From Azolla caroliniana (lineage: Eukaryota; Plantae; Polypodiophyta), in assembly GCA_043228905.1 (NCBI GenBank), contig JBHGNT010000008.1, positions 8,742,001-8,806,000 on the forward strand: 64,000 bases of DNA, read 5' to 3'. Within the stretch, counting starts at the first letter, position 1. Each line of letters starts with the position of its first letter. The notes beneath the pieces were generated by a model. The model was given only the letters and a program-made list of their open reading frames with translations, was not told the DNA's origin and did not search any database. This document shows, piece after piece, positions 63,401-64,000 of the stretch. A program made the position numbers and the translations under genes.

Positions 63401-64000
63401 CTCGTTGAGGCTTATCATTCTTCGCTTTGAGTGCAGGGCAATCGGCTTTGATGTGCCTGGGTTTCTTGCAGTAGTTGCAGATTCGGTTGTCTCGGGACTT
63501 GCTCCGACTTCGCCGATTGTTTGGTGGTCGGGAGGAACTTCTTCCTCAACTGTTTGATTGGTCGGTTGAACCTTGTACTACATAAGCTTCATTTGTTGAG
63601 TCTTTTGCAAACGATTTCCTCCGAGCTGCTTCAATAAGTATTGCGCTCGTAACTTCGGAGTACTTCACAGCGGCAGTAGAAATGTTGCACATTGTTGTGA
63701 CGAAAGTTTCCCATGAAGGGGGAAGACTACTCATGAGCAACATTGCTCTTGTTCATCCTCAATTGTCTGGGAGCTTAAGCTTTTGTACTCATTCAGGTGT
63801 GCCTGGACCAAGTCAGATTCTTTCATCCGCAAGTTGTAGAGGCGCCGAATCAAATATATCTTTGTGGCAGCAGCCTCCTTCTCATAAGTGTCTGACAATG
63901 TCTTCCATAGCTGAAAGGCTGTCAAACACGACTGCACTGTGAAGTACTTTGACTCCGATAGGTGCATCTGAATGGTGGCTTGGACAATTCTATCGAGTTT
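60477..64000 (-). mobile_element. Degenerate Copia element I (3' LTR 60477-60811), extends beyond the window
   Basis: PPT at 60812-60818; RT QLDVKTAFLHG; gag SSLPPSWETFVT; internal deletions. Confidence 0.88.

Overview
Eukaryotic land-plant DNA, most likely a non-seed plant such as a fern or lycophyte (inferred from the TE lineages, the H2A subtype and the long TE-filled introns). 1-40 kb is a stack of nested, mostly decayed transposons: a chromovirus-type Gypsy remnant; two related tRNA-Trp-primed, fungal-like (Ylt1/DUF4100-type) Gypsy elements; several Copia elements; a hAT transposase split by a full-length Athila-like Gypsy with a large extra ORF (TSD ATCAC); and a Penelope-like element (PLE) carrying a minimal hammerhead ribozyme and a second ORF. 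40-64 kb holds two host genes: an intact two-exon histone H2A (H2A.M/W-like) and the first four coding exons of a CNGC19/20-like channel, whose introns contain LINE 3' fragments, a solo LTR, tandem repeats and two Copia elements. The most notable observations are (1) a metazoan/algal-type histone 3' stem-loop 29 nt after the H2A stop codon, a signal land plants are generally thought to lack, and (2) the PLE RT - hammerhead - orphan ORF cassette. All calls were made by eye; no searches were run.
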